Source of the DNA: Diadema antillarum
Lineage: Eukaryota
DNA: 64,000 bases
Assembly (NCBI RefSeq): GCF_040938485.1
Contig: NW_027271421.1
Span: 566,567 to 630,566 of the forward strand
Direction of reading: 5' to 3'
The notes beneath the pieces are model-generated. The model was given only the letters and a program-made list of their open reading frames with translations. It ran no database searches and was not told the origin of the DNA. The translations under genes were made by a program, and so were the position numbers. Below are positions 14,521 to 27,900 of the stretch, piece by piece. The number at the start of each line of letters is the position of its first letter. Position 1 is the first letter of the stretch.

Positions 14521-15056
14521 TACACTGCAAAAAGTCCGGTGTTAAATAGTGAACACCGAGCTGGTGTTAAATTTTCGGTGCTCATTTATGGTGTTAAATT
14601 AACACCCCCGGGTGTCATTTCCAAATTTTAAACTGTTTTTTGAAGAGTTTCTTAGTAACTGCACTTCTTGTGGATTTTTAATTTAAACAAGACGATCAAG
14701 AATTTTACATTAAAATACTAGATTTTTGAAAAAATGTGAAAATGAATTTACACCAAAGTAACACCAGCTGGTGTGGTCTCTTATTGAAGCTGGACGGGTG
14801 TTAAACCATTGATATTAACACCAACAAATATCAAATCAACACCATGTGGTGTCATTTTTGAATTAACACCAGTACAGTGTCAAAATAACACCAGGTACAA
14901 TGTCAAATTAACACCATGAAGTGTCAGGTGAACACTTTTCAACACCATCACAGTGCATTTTTAACACCTGTGGGTGTGGTCCTTTATTGAAGTTTGATCG
15001 GTGTTAGATTTAACACCCGTGGTGTTAAATCTAACACCGATGTTTTTACAGTGTAG
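14521..15056. mobile_element. MITE (~536 bp) with TIR tacactgcaaaaa / tttttacagtgta and an interior built from GGTGTTAA(A)T / AACACC short repeats.
   Basis: The termini are reverse complements with one mismatch. The interior has more than 20 copies of ggtgttaa / ttaacacc motifs in both orientations. It lies in Hdc intron 3. Confidence 0.65.
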
Positions 15057-16989
15057 AAGACAAAACACATAAAATCATGTTGGTATGTTGAATCATTCTC
15101 TTTTTGAAAAATAAATCCCAATCAATAGATGCACAGAACTGTAGTTTTGGTCTCCAGTATCATCATTACAGGAGAAATGCTGCGTTTAGGGAAATTTACC
15201 TACAGTCATTTCAATACTGCTTTGAGATGCAAAAAATATCTTGCGATTGGTTGTATCAAATTTCCTCCCGACTCTTTTAGACAACACGCTCATTTACGTG
15301 TAACTCAAATCTAAAGTGCCTCAGCTCTGTGCGGGATAATTCAGATAGTGAAGCGAAGTTGATGCAGTTTTGTAGTGAAACATGGCGAGAAGACGCCATG
15401 TCATTTTCCAGCTCTGCGACTTAACAAGGTTACGACAGGCCACCGCGTACCCCGTCTGTTGTATGGAGTTATATCTAAGGCCAAAAGCGGCACTGAGTTT
15501 AGTGCGCTCTCGTGTTCAATTGAACTCGACCACTATCCTGTCCTCAATCACCTGCATGCCTACCGAAACAAAAACAACGAGCGCTTGGTATTTATAGACG
15601 GAAATTGTTTCCTCGTCCATAAGTCGATATCAAATTAGGGAAGATAAGATGATGAAATAAAACCTTTCCCTGTGGTCCAGATCTTCTCTTGCATCATAAT
15701 ACAATAGTTTGGCTGCAAGAGTTGAAAATGATTTCCCCTCCATCGACGGGACGGTGAGCTCAAATGGTCTCTCAGCGCCGCATTCATAATGAGCGTGTTC
15801 AAACATGACCACGATGCTATTCTGAAAGGAGTAGAGTTGTGGGACCCAGTAATCGAATAATCTTTGACTGTATACAGACGGGTTATATTTCTTGCAGAAG
15901 AAGAGAAATTAAAACCGGCATTGAGAATTAGGACTGCTCCTTGCTCAGCGCCTCTATTTGTTCTGGGAAAATTTGACTGGGCTAATTATCTTTGTCACTT
16001 TTGAGACTAACTTTAGTCGCAAAAGTCAATAAAGTCAATAAATAGGGAAAGGAAAGGAAAAGAAGGAAAAGGGGAAGAAGAAGGAAGGGAGAGACAGAAA
16101 AAGAAAAGCTTTCCGAGTCCTACCGGTCCACTTTGATGGCAAATATCTTGCCTTTCCCTTCCTGTGCCTATGAGTCAACATATGCACAAGTTTTACACAC
16201 AAACCTATGGACATGAAATCACAGCGGGTTAAGGGATGTCACCGATGGCTAAGGCAGAGGTTTGTCTCTTAACCCATATCAGTTCAGCTCTTTGCAGCCC
16301 TTTGCATCCTTCTTGCGTCATTTACAGTCAGGGGATCTTTTCCTGTCAAAGAATCCTCTTCCAATATAAAGTCGACATGAGGGCAAAATGCCCCATTACT
16401 TTTAGAAACGTTAACAAGGCAACGCACGACTAAACCCGTCGTTAAAAGAATGTTCAGTACTAATCTTCCCGACTGCCGGCATTGCTAGCTCTGTGAGACG
16501 AGTCAGATGCATTTCAAAGATTTTAAGGATTTATCATCATTAAAGTCTTGAAGATGTTAAGAGGGACAAACTATAGTTCAATATAAACTGATGCAATGGT
16601 CCTCCATTGATACCCCTTTCCCAAATGTATCTTAACATCATGCATGAGTGGACACGCTACTAAAAATTGAGTTCACAAACCCTGAAAAAAAAAACACCAA
16701 AAATGCGCACTTTTATTTTTTTTTTTCACAAGGGCCCGTGAAAAGACGCCGATAATCGTCATTTTTACTGCATGGCGTGCATGAAAAGGTGACCTTTTGA
16801 CTGCGCATTGGAAATAATCCGCATTATTTGCATCCACATATTCCAGGTCCGCAATTATGCGGATCGATTGCAGCGTCGAAGTTGTGTGGGTTTTACTCTG
16901 ATCCCACCCCGATTTCACGACCAAATAAAGCGGATACTATCCGCATAACTGAGTTTGTGAAAGATCAGAGTTCTGTAGAAGAGTCCATC

Positions 16990-17960
16990 GATATTCCAGC
17001 CTGTAAGTATTTTCGGATATGGTTCGTTATTCCGAATGCTAGTTAATCCGAAAACGACATATGGTTCGTTATCCCGAAGATTCGTAGTTCCGAAGACTCA
17101 TTAATCCGAAAATGTAATAAGGTTCATATTCCGGTCTTTCGTTAACCCAAAAATAAAACAAGGTTTGTCATTCCGAAGGTTCGTTATTCCGAGGGTTCCC
17201 TCGTTTCCCTCTCTTCCTCCTTCCCTCTACCTCTCTCTCACTTTCTACCCTGAGCTTGACGGCAGGCACCAAATGAATTAATGGCTATACATGTTACTTT
17301 TTGTGTCTTACTGATCATATTCTTGTGATAGTTTTAATGCAACAACAGTTTATAGTGTAAATACCAAAGTAGGCTTTATATACAAATCATGTTCTACTCC
17401 GGAAACCAATGATATCTCTGTCACATTAATGGTTCACATTTTAGTATAGTTGTTTTTCCCTTCTTTTTTTATCACATAGGCATACCCCGCTTTTCTTATT
17501 TGGTACCATTATCTTCTATCCGTTCTCCGTTTCTTTTTCACAAACACTGATTACTCGGGGCTTACAGCCAAACAAGCTAGCTTTCATGTAGGTCCCGTCA
17601 TACTTCTCTTTGTTCAACCCCATTTCGATTTTGACCAGTTATCATTACAATTACTGTGTTATTACCATGTATATTGTTTGTTTTCTGCACATTGTTTACC
17701 AGGTAAAAGAACTTGTATTATTATTTCTGTTGCAAAGTTCATAAATGAGAAGTATGAAAATAAATGAATTGAATTGAATTGAATTGAATTGAATTGAATT
17801 GAAGGTGTATTAAAACGCATCTTCTTTCCATTTTCGGATTAACGAACCTTCGGAATACCGCCATATAATGTTCTGATTAACGAATCATTTTTCATTTTTG
17901 GCTTAACTAACATCTAGATTAGGAATTTATGTGTTTTGGAATAACAAACCTTCCGAATAA
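16990..17960. repeat. Inverted arrays of a ~35-bp unit (GGTTCGTTATTCCGAA...TTAATCCGAAAA). They run forward at 16990-17215 and reversed at 17820-17960, bracketing ~600 bp that contains (CT)n and (GAATT)n runs. A related array lies at 13040-13200.
   Basis: Five tandem units lie on the + strand before 17215. On the other side the sequence cggaataccg / gaataacaaacc / cgaataacc reads as the complement. The structure suggests a foldback-type element with subterminal repeats. Confidence 0.5.
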
Positions 17961-20900
17961 CCAATATATCACCCGCATTTTCAAACAAAAATGGGTCTGA
18001 GTCATAGCACATAGTATGTGTAAAAACTATCAAATCTATGGCGGTAGCACAAGGACACTCCCCGTTTGTTTGAAAACAATTTAAGCAGAATTTATCTTCT
18101 CTTTTCGGTCTTTATAATAATTACTTTTTTTGTTACCATGACAAAATGTGCATTGTTTCTTTTGGTTTTTATTATAATATCATATACTTTTAATTGCGTT
18201 TGATGAACTTTCTTTATCAAATGAATGAAAGTCAATTGACAACTTGTACCGCTTTGAATAATGTTTTTGTTTTCTTTGATGGAAATAAACTATTGAACTG
18301 AATTGAATTGAAGTTATTATCCTTGCGTGCGTGAACACTGACCATTGATTTATTCTATGCTTTAATTAATTTCAAAGTAGCGACACGTTGGTACCAAATA
18401 GTTTTTTCTTCTTTCATGTACATTTGCAATTTTGTCAAATGATGCCATATAGGTAGAATACACTGGTCGAAATCCATTTCTTTTAATACAATGTAGATTT
18501 TAGACATAAGTATGACATCAACCGCTTGTAAAGAAGCTTTTCAAATAGCTTAGAAAATGCAGATGAGATAGAAATATGCCTGTAGTTAGGTGGAATACGA
18601 GTGTCTCCCCTTTTTATGAATAGGAACAATTTCTGCAATCCTCAATTAATCACATAGATAATCACTTTGTTCAAATCAGAGATTAAAAATGCTACACAGA
18701 GGAGTGGTAAGACAATGGACAGATTTTTTAAAAAATCCTTCAGAATCAATGTCATCATAACAACGACGTTTTGCTTGCTTGAAACTCGATAGCAATCTTA
18801 AGGAGCTCGACTGGTTTTGGGGTCTTTGAAAAAAAAAGAATCCGAACAAGTTCTCTTTGGTAAAAAAAAAAAAGAAGCCAAACAAACAAAAGACACGCGC
18901 TTGATGGCTATAAACTTTAAGCAATAGGCCTATAAGCTTTTTTTTTTTTTTTTTGGGGGGGGGGGGATATACGGTGCCGTAACTGTCTGTATAATTTTCC
19001 AAATTATCCATTTTCTTTGAAACAGCATTCAATGTGTTACTCACTTCCTGTTATGCTGAAACTTCCATCACATGTGCCGTACAAGTGTTGCATTTTATGT
19101 AAAATGTAGAAATAAAGGTTAATTGTTAAGGTATACATGTATAATATTGCGTTCATGTTAAAGGGGGGGGGGAGGCGTCGGTGGGGCAGGAGACATTGCT
19201 AATCAAGAGGTGTATGTGTAACATCACACGAAAGACCTGCTGCGTATTACATTCCAGTGTGTCTGTAAGACAGAGCATAGTGCCAGATTAAGAATAACAT
19301 CACGCTAGTTCGGTGCGCTAAACCAGCTGATATCGGACCGTCATGGAAGCCAGGTATTGCGTAGGAAAAGAAAATCCTAATGCGAGAACGCCAACTCCAC
19401 TCAACGCTGCACTACACTACATAGAGAAGAGTCTGCCACCTGTGCGAATGAAATAAATCTGTCTTACCAGTTTCTGAAGTACGATGACTAATCATTTACA
19501 AGACATACCAAAATTCATCTTTATCATTGTTGTCATATTGTAGTTTGAATGAGCTCAACAAAATTACATCTTTTCAGTACACCATCACTTTTCCTTTTTT
19601 TTTACCGCTGGTTATTTTATTTCAACGCTAGGTTTGTAACTTGCCTTCATGCGTATTTCCGAGAAGCCTTTGCTATGACGTAAATATCAACTTTAGTTTG
19701 ATTGGACCGAGTCTGCAGGAGTGACTAAGGACAGCAGATAAGAGGGAGAGAGAGAAGAAGAGACACAGGCAGAGTCAGCGCCTCATCCCTGCAATATCAT
19801 GACGAATATTGTCATTCGCTTAATGCGTACACGGAGACGAGCACTCAACGACCCCCTAATCACATAGAGGCAGCAATTTCGGTCAATCATGATTCACGCT
19901 TCCCATATTTCCTCTCCGTTTACAGGCAGTTTTTGCCTATTTCAAACATGGAGTCAATCGTGGCTATTCCATGCTGGCTTAGAGCAAACATAATAGGATT
20001 ACAAAGCTCAGTGCAAAGCGAGGTGACGTCATAAATTAACTTCATATACGACGGGATAGGACAGGGATCATTTTACACTCAGTCATTCGGAGAAAAACAA
20101 ACAGAATAATCATTTTAGCTCATTTCACAGAAATCACAGTTGGCATCCAGATGTATTAGATATATATTCTGATTTTCACTTTTTTTTTCTGATATAGCAA
20201 TTATAATATTCTATATCGATTATTTGAGAATGATTTCGAAGAAATTTCATATTTTGTAATGCCCAAATATTTTGATTATAGAAGATAAAGAAGGTAATAA
20301 GAACTTGTTGGGTGATATAACTGTAAATCATGATTCAAGATAAAATTGACAAGAGTATATGTTTATGTAGTTATAGTGTAAATTAGCGTTATAACGCATT
20401 CCTGTTACAGCTGAATATGAGAAAACGATGAATGTGTGGTGTGGTGCAACATAAATTGTTGTTGGTTATCTTTTTTTGAGGGGGCCTGTACATTTTCAAT
20501 CTGATCCACATTTGAAACAAAATGATGATGCAGGAGGTATTTCTTTCAATTCTAGAATGGAGCATCATGGCACACACAACGACCTGAATAATATTTCATT
20601 AGATTTATCACTCATAAAATCCTAAGCACAAAGCAATAAAGGTTCCTTATAAATTATAAGTACTCTATAGCACAATAATCTTTCCCATACTTCAACACCA
20701 GCAAATATGAAATTCAGAAAAGCATTCAAAAACTCCAAGCTATAAGACTTTTCTACTCTTCCCTGGCAGTTTTTTGATTCCTAGTGAATCTCATTAAACG
20801 TGTAACATATTTCTTTTCATCACTTTTTGGTATCAAGTTTAAAAGCATGAAACATCAGTTTTGCCAGTTGTTTTACTTACACATTCACGTACACATACAT

Positions 20901-21487
20901 GCACATTCATGAAGGGATGCTACGGTTGAGATAGGGCTTCTGGTTTCCAACTTTTTTATGACAGTTTGCTGAGATAATGAGAAACCTCTTGTGAAACATG
21001 AAAGAGCATATCATTCTAAGAGGAACTCAAAGTTTATTTGATGAAGATTAGTTATGAAATGGCCGAGATATCCAAAACAAAGCGATCTAGATAAAAGGTG
21101 AGTCCCACCTTTTATCAGGATTGCTTGTTTTACATTGTTTTGGGATATTTCAGCCATTTCAAAACCGATTTTCATCAGATAAACTCTTAATTCCTCTTAG
21201 AATTGTATGCTCTTTAGGATTTCATAAAGTGGTTTCTAATTATCTCGCAAAAAGTTCAAAACTTAATCCTCACCTCAAGCAATACTATACCATCCCTTTT
21301 AGACTTGAATGAAATAGGATATGCACTCTGAAATAAATTCTAAACCTTTTTAGTTCAATGAATGAAATCCTAATTTTCTACTTTTGATAGCAGCATTTTT
21401 TTTTACTTCTACTGTATGTAATTTTAATGCTGCTTTAACCTCATGCAATAAAAGCATGGTTGATGCCAAACACAGGCAAACACTCGC

Positions 21488-21536
21488 ACATAAACACTTA
21501 CGCACACACGCGCACACGCGCACACGCGCACACGCA
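21488..21536. repeat. (CACACGCG)n minisatellite, about 6 units.
   Basis: cacacgcgcacacgcgcacacgcg... seen directly in the sequence. Confidence 0.85.
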
Positions 21537-21970
21537 TGTAAACTCGTTTATAACGAATCTTTCTTTTCAATGTCATCCATGATTTCAAAAACAAAGGGTC
21601 TGATGTAATAGTATTCTACCACGCTTCAAAACTACCTGTAATCAGTGTAATGACCATGTTTTCAGACACATTACATAAATGTCTAATTCTAATCAGGTGT
21701 TGTTCTACCAGTCATTTATTTTAAGCTTTCTTATTAGTCAGGTCATTTCCAAGAGACACGTTACGGAGAAATTTGATTACTTATAATTTGTGATGTTGCA
21801 GAGCCTACGTTTTATTGTAAGTTGATCGTCAAAGAGTCTTTGTTGTTTCTGTCATCTATATATTCATGTTTATGGTATCGCGAACCACTGTGAATGTATT
21901 GAGTGTTGCAATAAATTCAAAAGACCCTTGTATGATGCAATATTAGCACAAATTTGTTTGCTCTCTGCAG

Positions 21971-22041
21971 CGGACCTCATCGGATTGCCCAGCATCTTTA
22001 CACATCGTGATACATCTGGACCGGGAGGGGGTGTCATTCAG
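21971..22041 (+). CDS. Hdc: Hdc exon encoding (A)DLIGLPSIFTHRDTSGPGGGVIQ.
   Basis: Matches HDC MLGLPEHFL...QGGGVLQ. Acceptor ctctctgcag and donor cag|gtacag. It completes the phase-1 codon from the previous exon to give GCG (Ala). The intron is 10.7 kb. Confidence 0.78.
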
Positions 22042-22299
22042 GTACAGACATTTAATTATTTTGTCTTCAAAGCTGTTGGTTTTCCACCTGGGAAAAAAAG
22101 AAGGGAAATGCTATCATTTTAAAGACTAGCGAAGGGCTGGACGCTATGCTGTTTGACTTCAACAGGATGTAGTCTCAACATTGATAACATAATATTCTCC
22201 AAGAAATAAGTTTGCGAAATATCTCAATTGTCAATGTTATGTTTCGATTTATTAGAAATAAACGTAATGTTTTCTAGTTTGAAGCATTCTTTTTGTAAG

Positions 22300-22810
22300 A
22301 GAGTCTCATGCACACGTCAGTTTTCGTCACTCTAGCGTGCGCATCGCTGACGTCATAGTACATGACGATGTTCCCTCTCAGCTATCGCATTCCCCAAATC
22401 AGCTGCCGCTCTTACTTGTATCCATTCAATAAATTGAGTCAAGGCACGACAATGCGACAGGATGAGGCAAGAGAGAAAAAAAGCCTTTTACCCCATACAA
22501 CCATCCTCTAGCGGAAATTAACTGCCGAAAGAAACAGTATATAAATACCTTGATATCTTGGCTGGCGAGATTTGTTCATTTAGCCGTGGGAATAGGATAG
22601 AAGTGTATTGCAACGGTTAAAGCCGCGGAGTATAAGAAAGAGTGGGTTAATCTGTAGCAAGGTGTTTCTACGAGGGTATTCGCTTGTGTAATTCCACCAG
22701 CTGATTCTCCGGACATGGAAAGGGCGGCTTGCCCGCAGGCGTACGGGAATGACGCGGCTGCGCACGGTCGATATGTTTAGTGCGGCTCCGCTGGAATCGC
22801 TCCTTCTATA
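22300..22810. promoter_or_regulatory. CpG-enriched block inside Hdc intron 4 carrying a perfect CRE (TGACGTCA, about 22349) and a TATAAATA box (about 22541). Candidate internal promoter or enhancer.
   Basis: Local CpG density and GC content are clearly above the surrounding AT-rich intron. It contains gctgacgtcatagtacatgacg and cagtatataaatacc. A functional role is inference only. Confidence 0.3.
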
Positions 22811-23772
22811 AATTCAACAATAGTCTCATCTCATTTTGTCAAAATTCTATGATGAAATAAATGATGAATACATCACAAATGTTTCGATGTATGCACAGAA
22901 AAAGCAACACGCAGAAAAGCCCATTATCATAAGTGTCCATGGGATATACTGTACATGCATATACCCCGACCGACCGAATGATAAGCGAATATCCTCGCAA
23001 GATACATGGCATCGTTGTGTGGGGATGTTGTTTCCTCTTCTCATTTCAAAATGAGGTCCTCTTACCTGAACATTCAGAGCTATATAGATTTGCTGAAATC
23101 TTCTCCGTATTTCTCTCTACCTATAAACCCATCCATAACTTTTTACAGTCATCTCTCAAGCTATACTAAATAGACGAGTCAGGTAACAGCAACACAGAAT
23201 TCAAAAGGACATTCTTCTCGTGGCTGTTGTACCTACAGCACTCTGCTCTCAAAATATTGAAACCCTTGATTTCTTTTTTCTTTTTGCACATTTTCAATCT
23301 AGATCGTTTCCTCTGCACACAGAACCCAAATCATTCAAACGTAGACTAAGCAATTGGAAAACACCAAGATTTGATACTGCATGAGAGCAGGTGCCGTGCC
23401 ATCTATAGGGTTTACAATACCTGTAATACATGCAATATCAGTGCTTAAGTTATAGTTCAAGGTTGCGTACCACTTATGTCTTGCTTTTTACCAAAGAGCC
23501 CATATGAGGAGAAAAATCTCTTTGCTTTATGCACACTGAATGTTTACAGGGCACCGCGTCAATTGATTAAAGTCATGCGTCGAAAATTACAATCCTTTCA
23601 GCGGGTAGTTAGAAAATGTATAGTGATGGTAGAAACATTATTATGAATAAATGGTGGGGAAAGAGAAGATTGATTGCCTCAGAATCGGAACTTGTCAATT
23701 TGTTAATTATATACTGCTTTATGTACTGTATCATTGAAAGACGATGAATGATGTTTTGCGCATTTTTCCCAG

Positions 23773-23913
23773 GGCACAATGAGCGAGGCAACACTTGTGT
23801 CCATGTTTGCTGCCAGACGAGAAGCGATTACACGGCTCCAAACCCGCCAAGAATACCAAGACATGGAAGAGGCAGTGATATGCTCCAAGCTAGTTGCTTA
23901 CTGCACCGATCAG
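23773..23913 (+). CDS. Hdc: Hdc exon encoding GTMSEATLVSMFAARREAITRLQTRQEYQDMEEAVICSKLVAYCTDQ.
   Basis: Matches fly Hdc TTASEATLVCLLAGRTRAIQRFHERHPGYQDAEINARLVAYCSDQ. Acceptor ttttcccag and donor cag|gtagga. Confidence 0.88.
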
Positions 23914-24912
23914 GTAGGATTCGACACTTTTCCTGTTCCGTTTGTAGTCCCTGCGAGTTTTATCTTATGCCTCCCTCAGAAGTGAAATGAGAAATATGTT
24001 CATAAATATTTATACTGTATGTATCATGTACATATTTCATGTATATACGACATAAATAGGGCCTACATATAGATAATGGGTTTACGTCCATGTACTTGCC
24101 TATAATATGTGATTTTGTGTGTGCGTGTGTGGAGACAGCGAGTTAAAGTGAGGGGAAGAGAGATATAAAGAAAGAAGATGTAGTTCATGTCAATTTAATT
24201 ATCATTTATCACTTTTGTCCCTTTTGTAATCATTGTTAGACGATGTTATCGGTACATTGCACCTATTTCAACTTCCCACCATTTAGTTTCAATCGACTGG
24301 TTATCAAAGTTTGTCAGAGATAACTAATATCGCATATCGTTATCCTCCAAGCTTCATCTTCTTCAGTAGTATTCCTGACCCTGAATTTCCTGCATAGCTA
24401 ATTAAGTTTTTGTTACCGAGCTTTATCATTGCAGCTTTTTTAAACTGTTACATCAATCGTCATGACATATACCATGGAATGTGAGAGTACATTAAAATGT
24501 ACGAGTTTTGATTTGTGTGTTTTTTTCGGGCTTTTGTTTTGCTATACAATGTTAAAAAAAGTAAGTACTTCTTTATCAGTCTATGAGGTCTCCGTCTCCA
24601 TAAAACATCAGGTAAACAAGCTCCATTTTTTTTTTGTAATCCTGTTCATATTTCTTTTTTGTTTTTCGGCGCCCCAACATTCCCCGTCATTTGTCGTTGG
24701 TACTAAGTTAGAGTATAATACTATGTTGTAGTGTATTTGTTATTCTGATGTATCTTCGTAAGAGAAATAATCAATTAAATGAATAGGAATGAGCCAACAT
24801 GTTAGAGATATTGTAAATATGGCATGCTTTTTGAAATTAAAAGTCTTTTTTTCATAATTATTTGATGCATTCAATGACTTCTTAAATAAGTGTGTCCTTC
24901 CCACTACCGCAG

Positions 24913-25056
24913 GCTCACTCCTCTCTAGAGAAGAACGCAGTATTGGCGATGGTCAAACTCCGCCACGTTCCCTCGGACCAAAAACTCAGTCTGCGCGGTG
25001 AAGCGTTACGTGCTGCAATCTCACAGGATCGAGAGCATGGACTCATTCCCTTCTAT
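24913..25056 (+). CDS. Hdc: Hdc exon encoding AHSSLEKNAVLAMVKLRHVPSDQKLSLRGEALRAAISQDREHGLIPFY.
   Basis: Matches HDC [48 protein letters not shown]. Acceptor ccgcag and donor tat|gtgagt. Confidence 0.9.
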
Positions 25057-25834
25057 GTGAGTCGACAAGGCCTTGTCACAATTTTTTTCCCCTTCTCATT
25101 CTAATTTTAACATCAAGGCCCAGCATAGCTTTAATTACAATTGACAAGATACCAAGGCCTCTGACGTCATCTTGGCAGAAAACAACACCGACAACAACAA
25201 CAAATTTCTCTGTATGTAATTAAATGTAGTATTTGGGGTTAATGCTATTCAAGTCTTACGTGAGGTTATGTGCATACAACAATCAGAACTGATTTCTGAA
25301 TGGATAATCTTGAAGGTAAGCAGGAACAATTTCCATCAGAGTTCTAGCTCTTCCATAAGTTCCATTAATTAAAGCAGAGGCAGACACGTAAGGTCAAATT
25401 TTACGCCTTTCATGTAGCGTTACTGAAAATTTGTTGCTTTTCAGCTGTGAAAATGACAGGGTACAGTCACATTATGTTGTATACCTACACGTATTGCCAG
25501 AGACAACAATCCTGTAGAGAGAACTGTGCTCCCATTTCACCTGATTTGAAAGTAGACGTCGTTTAGGTTAATAAGCATGAATCTGGGGTGGGTGAGGCAC
25601 CCTCCTTAGCCTAACCTAACGGACAAGGATGATCTTCACACAAGTAACATAGATTGGCCTAAATTGATTGTAAGTGCTACGTTTGTGATGATGCCTGAAA
25701 TCGCATCTGTGTCATTTTTCGTTATTCGTATCCCATTCTAGTGTGGTGGTCATAGTGAAGGTTATGAGAGGCTTGTAGGGTACATTGATTGGCGATGTCC
25801 ATACCACTTTGGATGCACTCTTTCTCCCCTGTAG

Positions 25835-25901
25835 GTCTGCGCCACGCTGGGGACAACAGGTGCGTGTGCATTCGACAACCTGGAAGAACTTGGGGCAGTC
25901 T
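25835..25901 (+). CDS. Hdc: Hdc exon encoding [22 protein letters not shown] plus one nt.
   Basis: Matches HDC [23 protein letters not shown]. Acceptor ctcccctgtag and donor t|gtgagt. The exon is too short to appear in the ORF track, and its frame was fixed by homology. Confidence 0.82.
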
Positions 25902-26312
25902 GTGAGTATTCGTCTGTTTTGTCCAATTCAGTTAAATGGTTTCTTCTTGTTATTGTGCAAATATGAAATAACAATCCATCAGCTCAAAGGCTGATACGGT
26001 TGCTTTACATCAGACTAATAAATGATATCAAAATAACCCTGATGATATATACCTACATGAGAATAAAATACGTGATATTGATCTTGAACAATCTTTCTTT
26101 ACCTTCCACTTTCAACACGCCTCACTGGATGCATTTTCGTCACTTGCTGATACCTGTATACATTATTTACTTTAAAAACAGTGCATCAGGTACACTATAT
26201 CGCAGAAGATATTTTACAGCACTGTGCTTGAAGGATTTGTGCGACTGATAGAGGTGTTGTAATAATGTACGCTTTTGTAGCAAAAACTGGAAATTGGTTA
26301 TTTTACCGTGCA

Positions 26313-26468
<156 letters not shown>

Positions 26469-26698
26469 GGAAACTTACGTGCCAAAAAAATTCAGTATGT
26501 GCTCCTTCTACTTCCCCCTGGCCCGGCCTCTTACAACGCCTGTGGCTCATACTCCGCCGCCACCCCATCCCCATATCTTGGCACGTTCTTTACTGACCGT
26601 CTTTCCTTAACTTGGCTTGCTTCCCGCGGAGGAAGGTTGTGAACTTGTGAAGTTTTCACCGTACAGATGATTTGGCAAACTCTTTAGTAGTAGCAAAT

Positions 26699-26824
26699 GA
26701 CTGAACTGAACTGAACTGAACTGAACTGAACTGAACTGAACTGAACTGAACTGAACTGACCTGAACTGAACTGAACTGAACTGACGTGACTGAACTGAAC
26801 TGAATTGAACTGACTGAACAGAAC
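26699..26824. repeat. (CTGAA)n microsatellite, about 24 units.
   Basis: ctgaactgaactgaa... seen directly in the sequence. Confidence 0.95.
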
Positions 26825-27419
26825 AGAAGCAACCATGTTCCAATTTATCTTTTCGTAATGTTCATGTTGCGTATTACTTTGGGCAATTAGAGAGAACATT
26901 GGCTGCTAAATTGTTCCTTCGTGTGTTCCGATATTAGGAGTAGGAATATATCAATATGTAATGATATAGTAATAGGCCTATATGAATACAACTATAGGGC
27001 GCAGTTGTAAAACTGAGCTTAAAACATGTGTGTACTGTACGAACGGTCAGGGTTAGATCGTCTAACAGTACAGGCAATTTCATAAAAATGTCAATATTAG
27101 GTTCTAGTCACACATAAACGAATGCCTGTCGCCGACCATTCTCCGACCTCTGAAATCACTGGTTGGGAGTTGGCTGTAGCGCGTCGTATAATTTATCTTT
27201 TTTTTTTTTTGATCTTTTTTTTTAATTGGCAAATGGTTGTCAGCGGTCGGTCGGCGACCGGTTTTGGTCGGCTAGATGTTTTCTATAGGTTTCATCGAAA
27301 ACCTTTGGTCGACAAAAAGTTTTTATGTTCAATTGGGTCGGCAACCGGTCGCTGCCCGGTTGCCAACCTCTTAAAGAAGAAATCCAGTCCAAATATAAGT
27401 TAGTCTGATAAAAAAAAAT

Positions 27420-27900
27420 AGACAGTTTTACGAGTTCAACGGTAAAAATTTGACTGAAATCAGATGAAAATAAGGAAGTTATGACATTTTGAAGTTTTGC
27501 TAATTTTTGCAAAACAATTCTTGTACAATGGATATGAATATGCAAATGAGTGAGCTAGCAATGTCATAACCTCACAATTTTCCATTGACCCTGTACAAAA
27601 AATGACGACAATTCAATGTCATTAAAGTCTGAAACATGACGTTATTCCTGGTTGAATAGGACTTGAGCCTTGGGCATAATTGCTTTTGAATGAAAAACTG
27701 AAAATGTCAAAATCTTATGTACAAACTATATGGTAAGTTGTCAGGGAATGACATACTCACTTTGCCATTTGCATATTCATATTGACTGTTCAAGAACTGT
27801 TTACCTCCAAAATTGCGAAACTTCAAAATGTCATAACTTCCTTATTTTTTATCCGGTTTCGATCAAATTCATACTGTTGAACTCGTAACATTTTACTCTT
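27420..27900. repeat. Large imperfect foldback (arms of ~140 bp) embedded in a 1.4-kb tract (27100-28500) saturated with the motif TTGCCGACC / GGTCGGCAA in both orientations.
   Basis: For example, ggaagttatgacattttgaagttt pairs with aaacttcaaaatgtcataacttcc, and gcatattcatat pairs with atatgaatatgc. More than 15 copies of (g)ttgccgacc(a/g) or its complement occur between 27125 and 28480. Confidence 0.6.
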
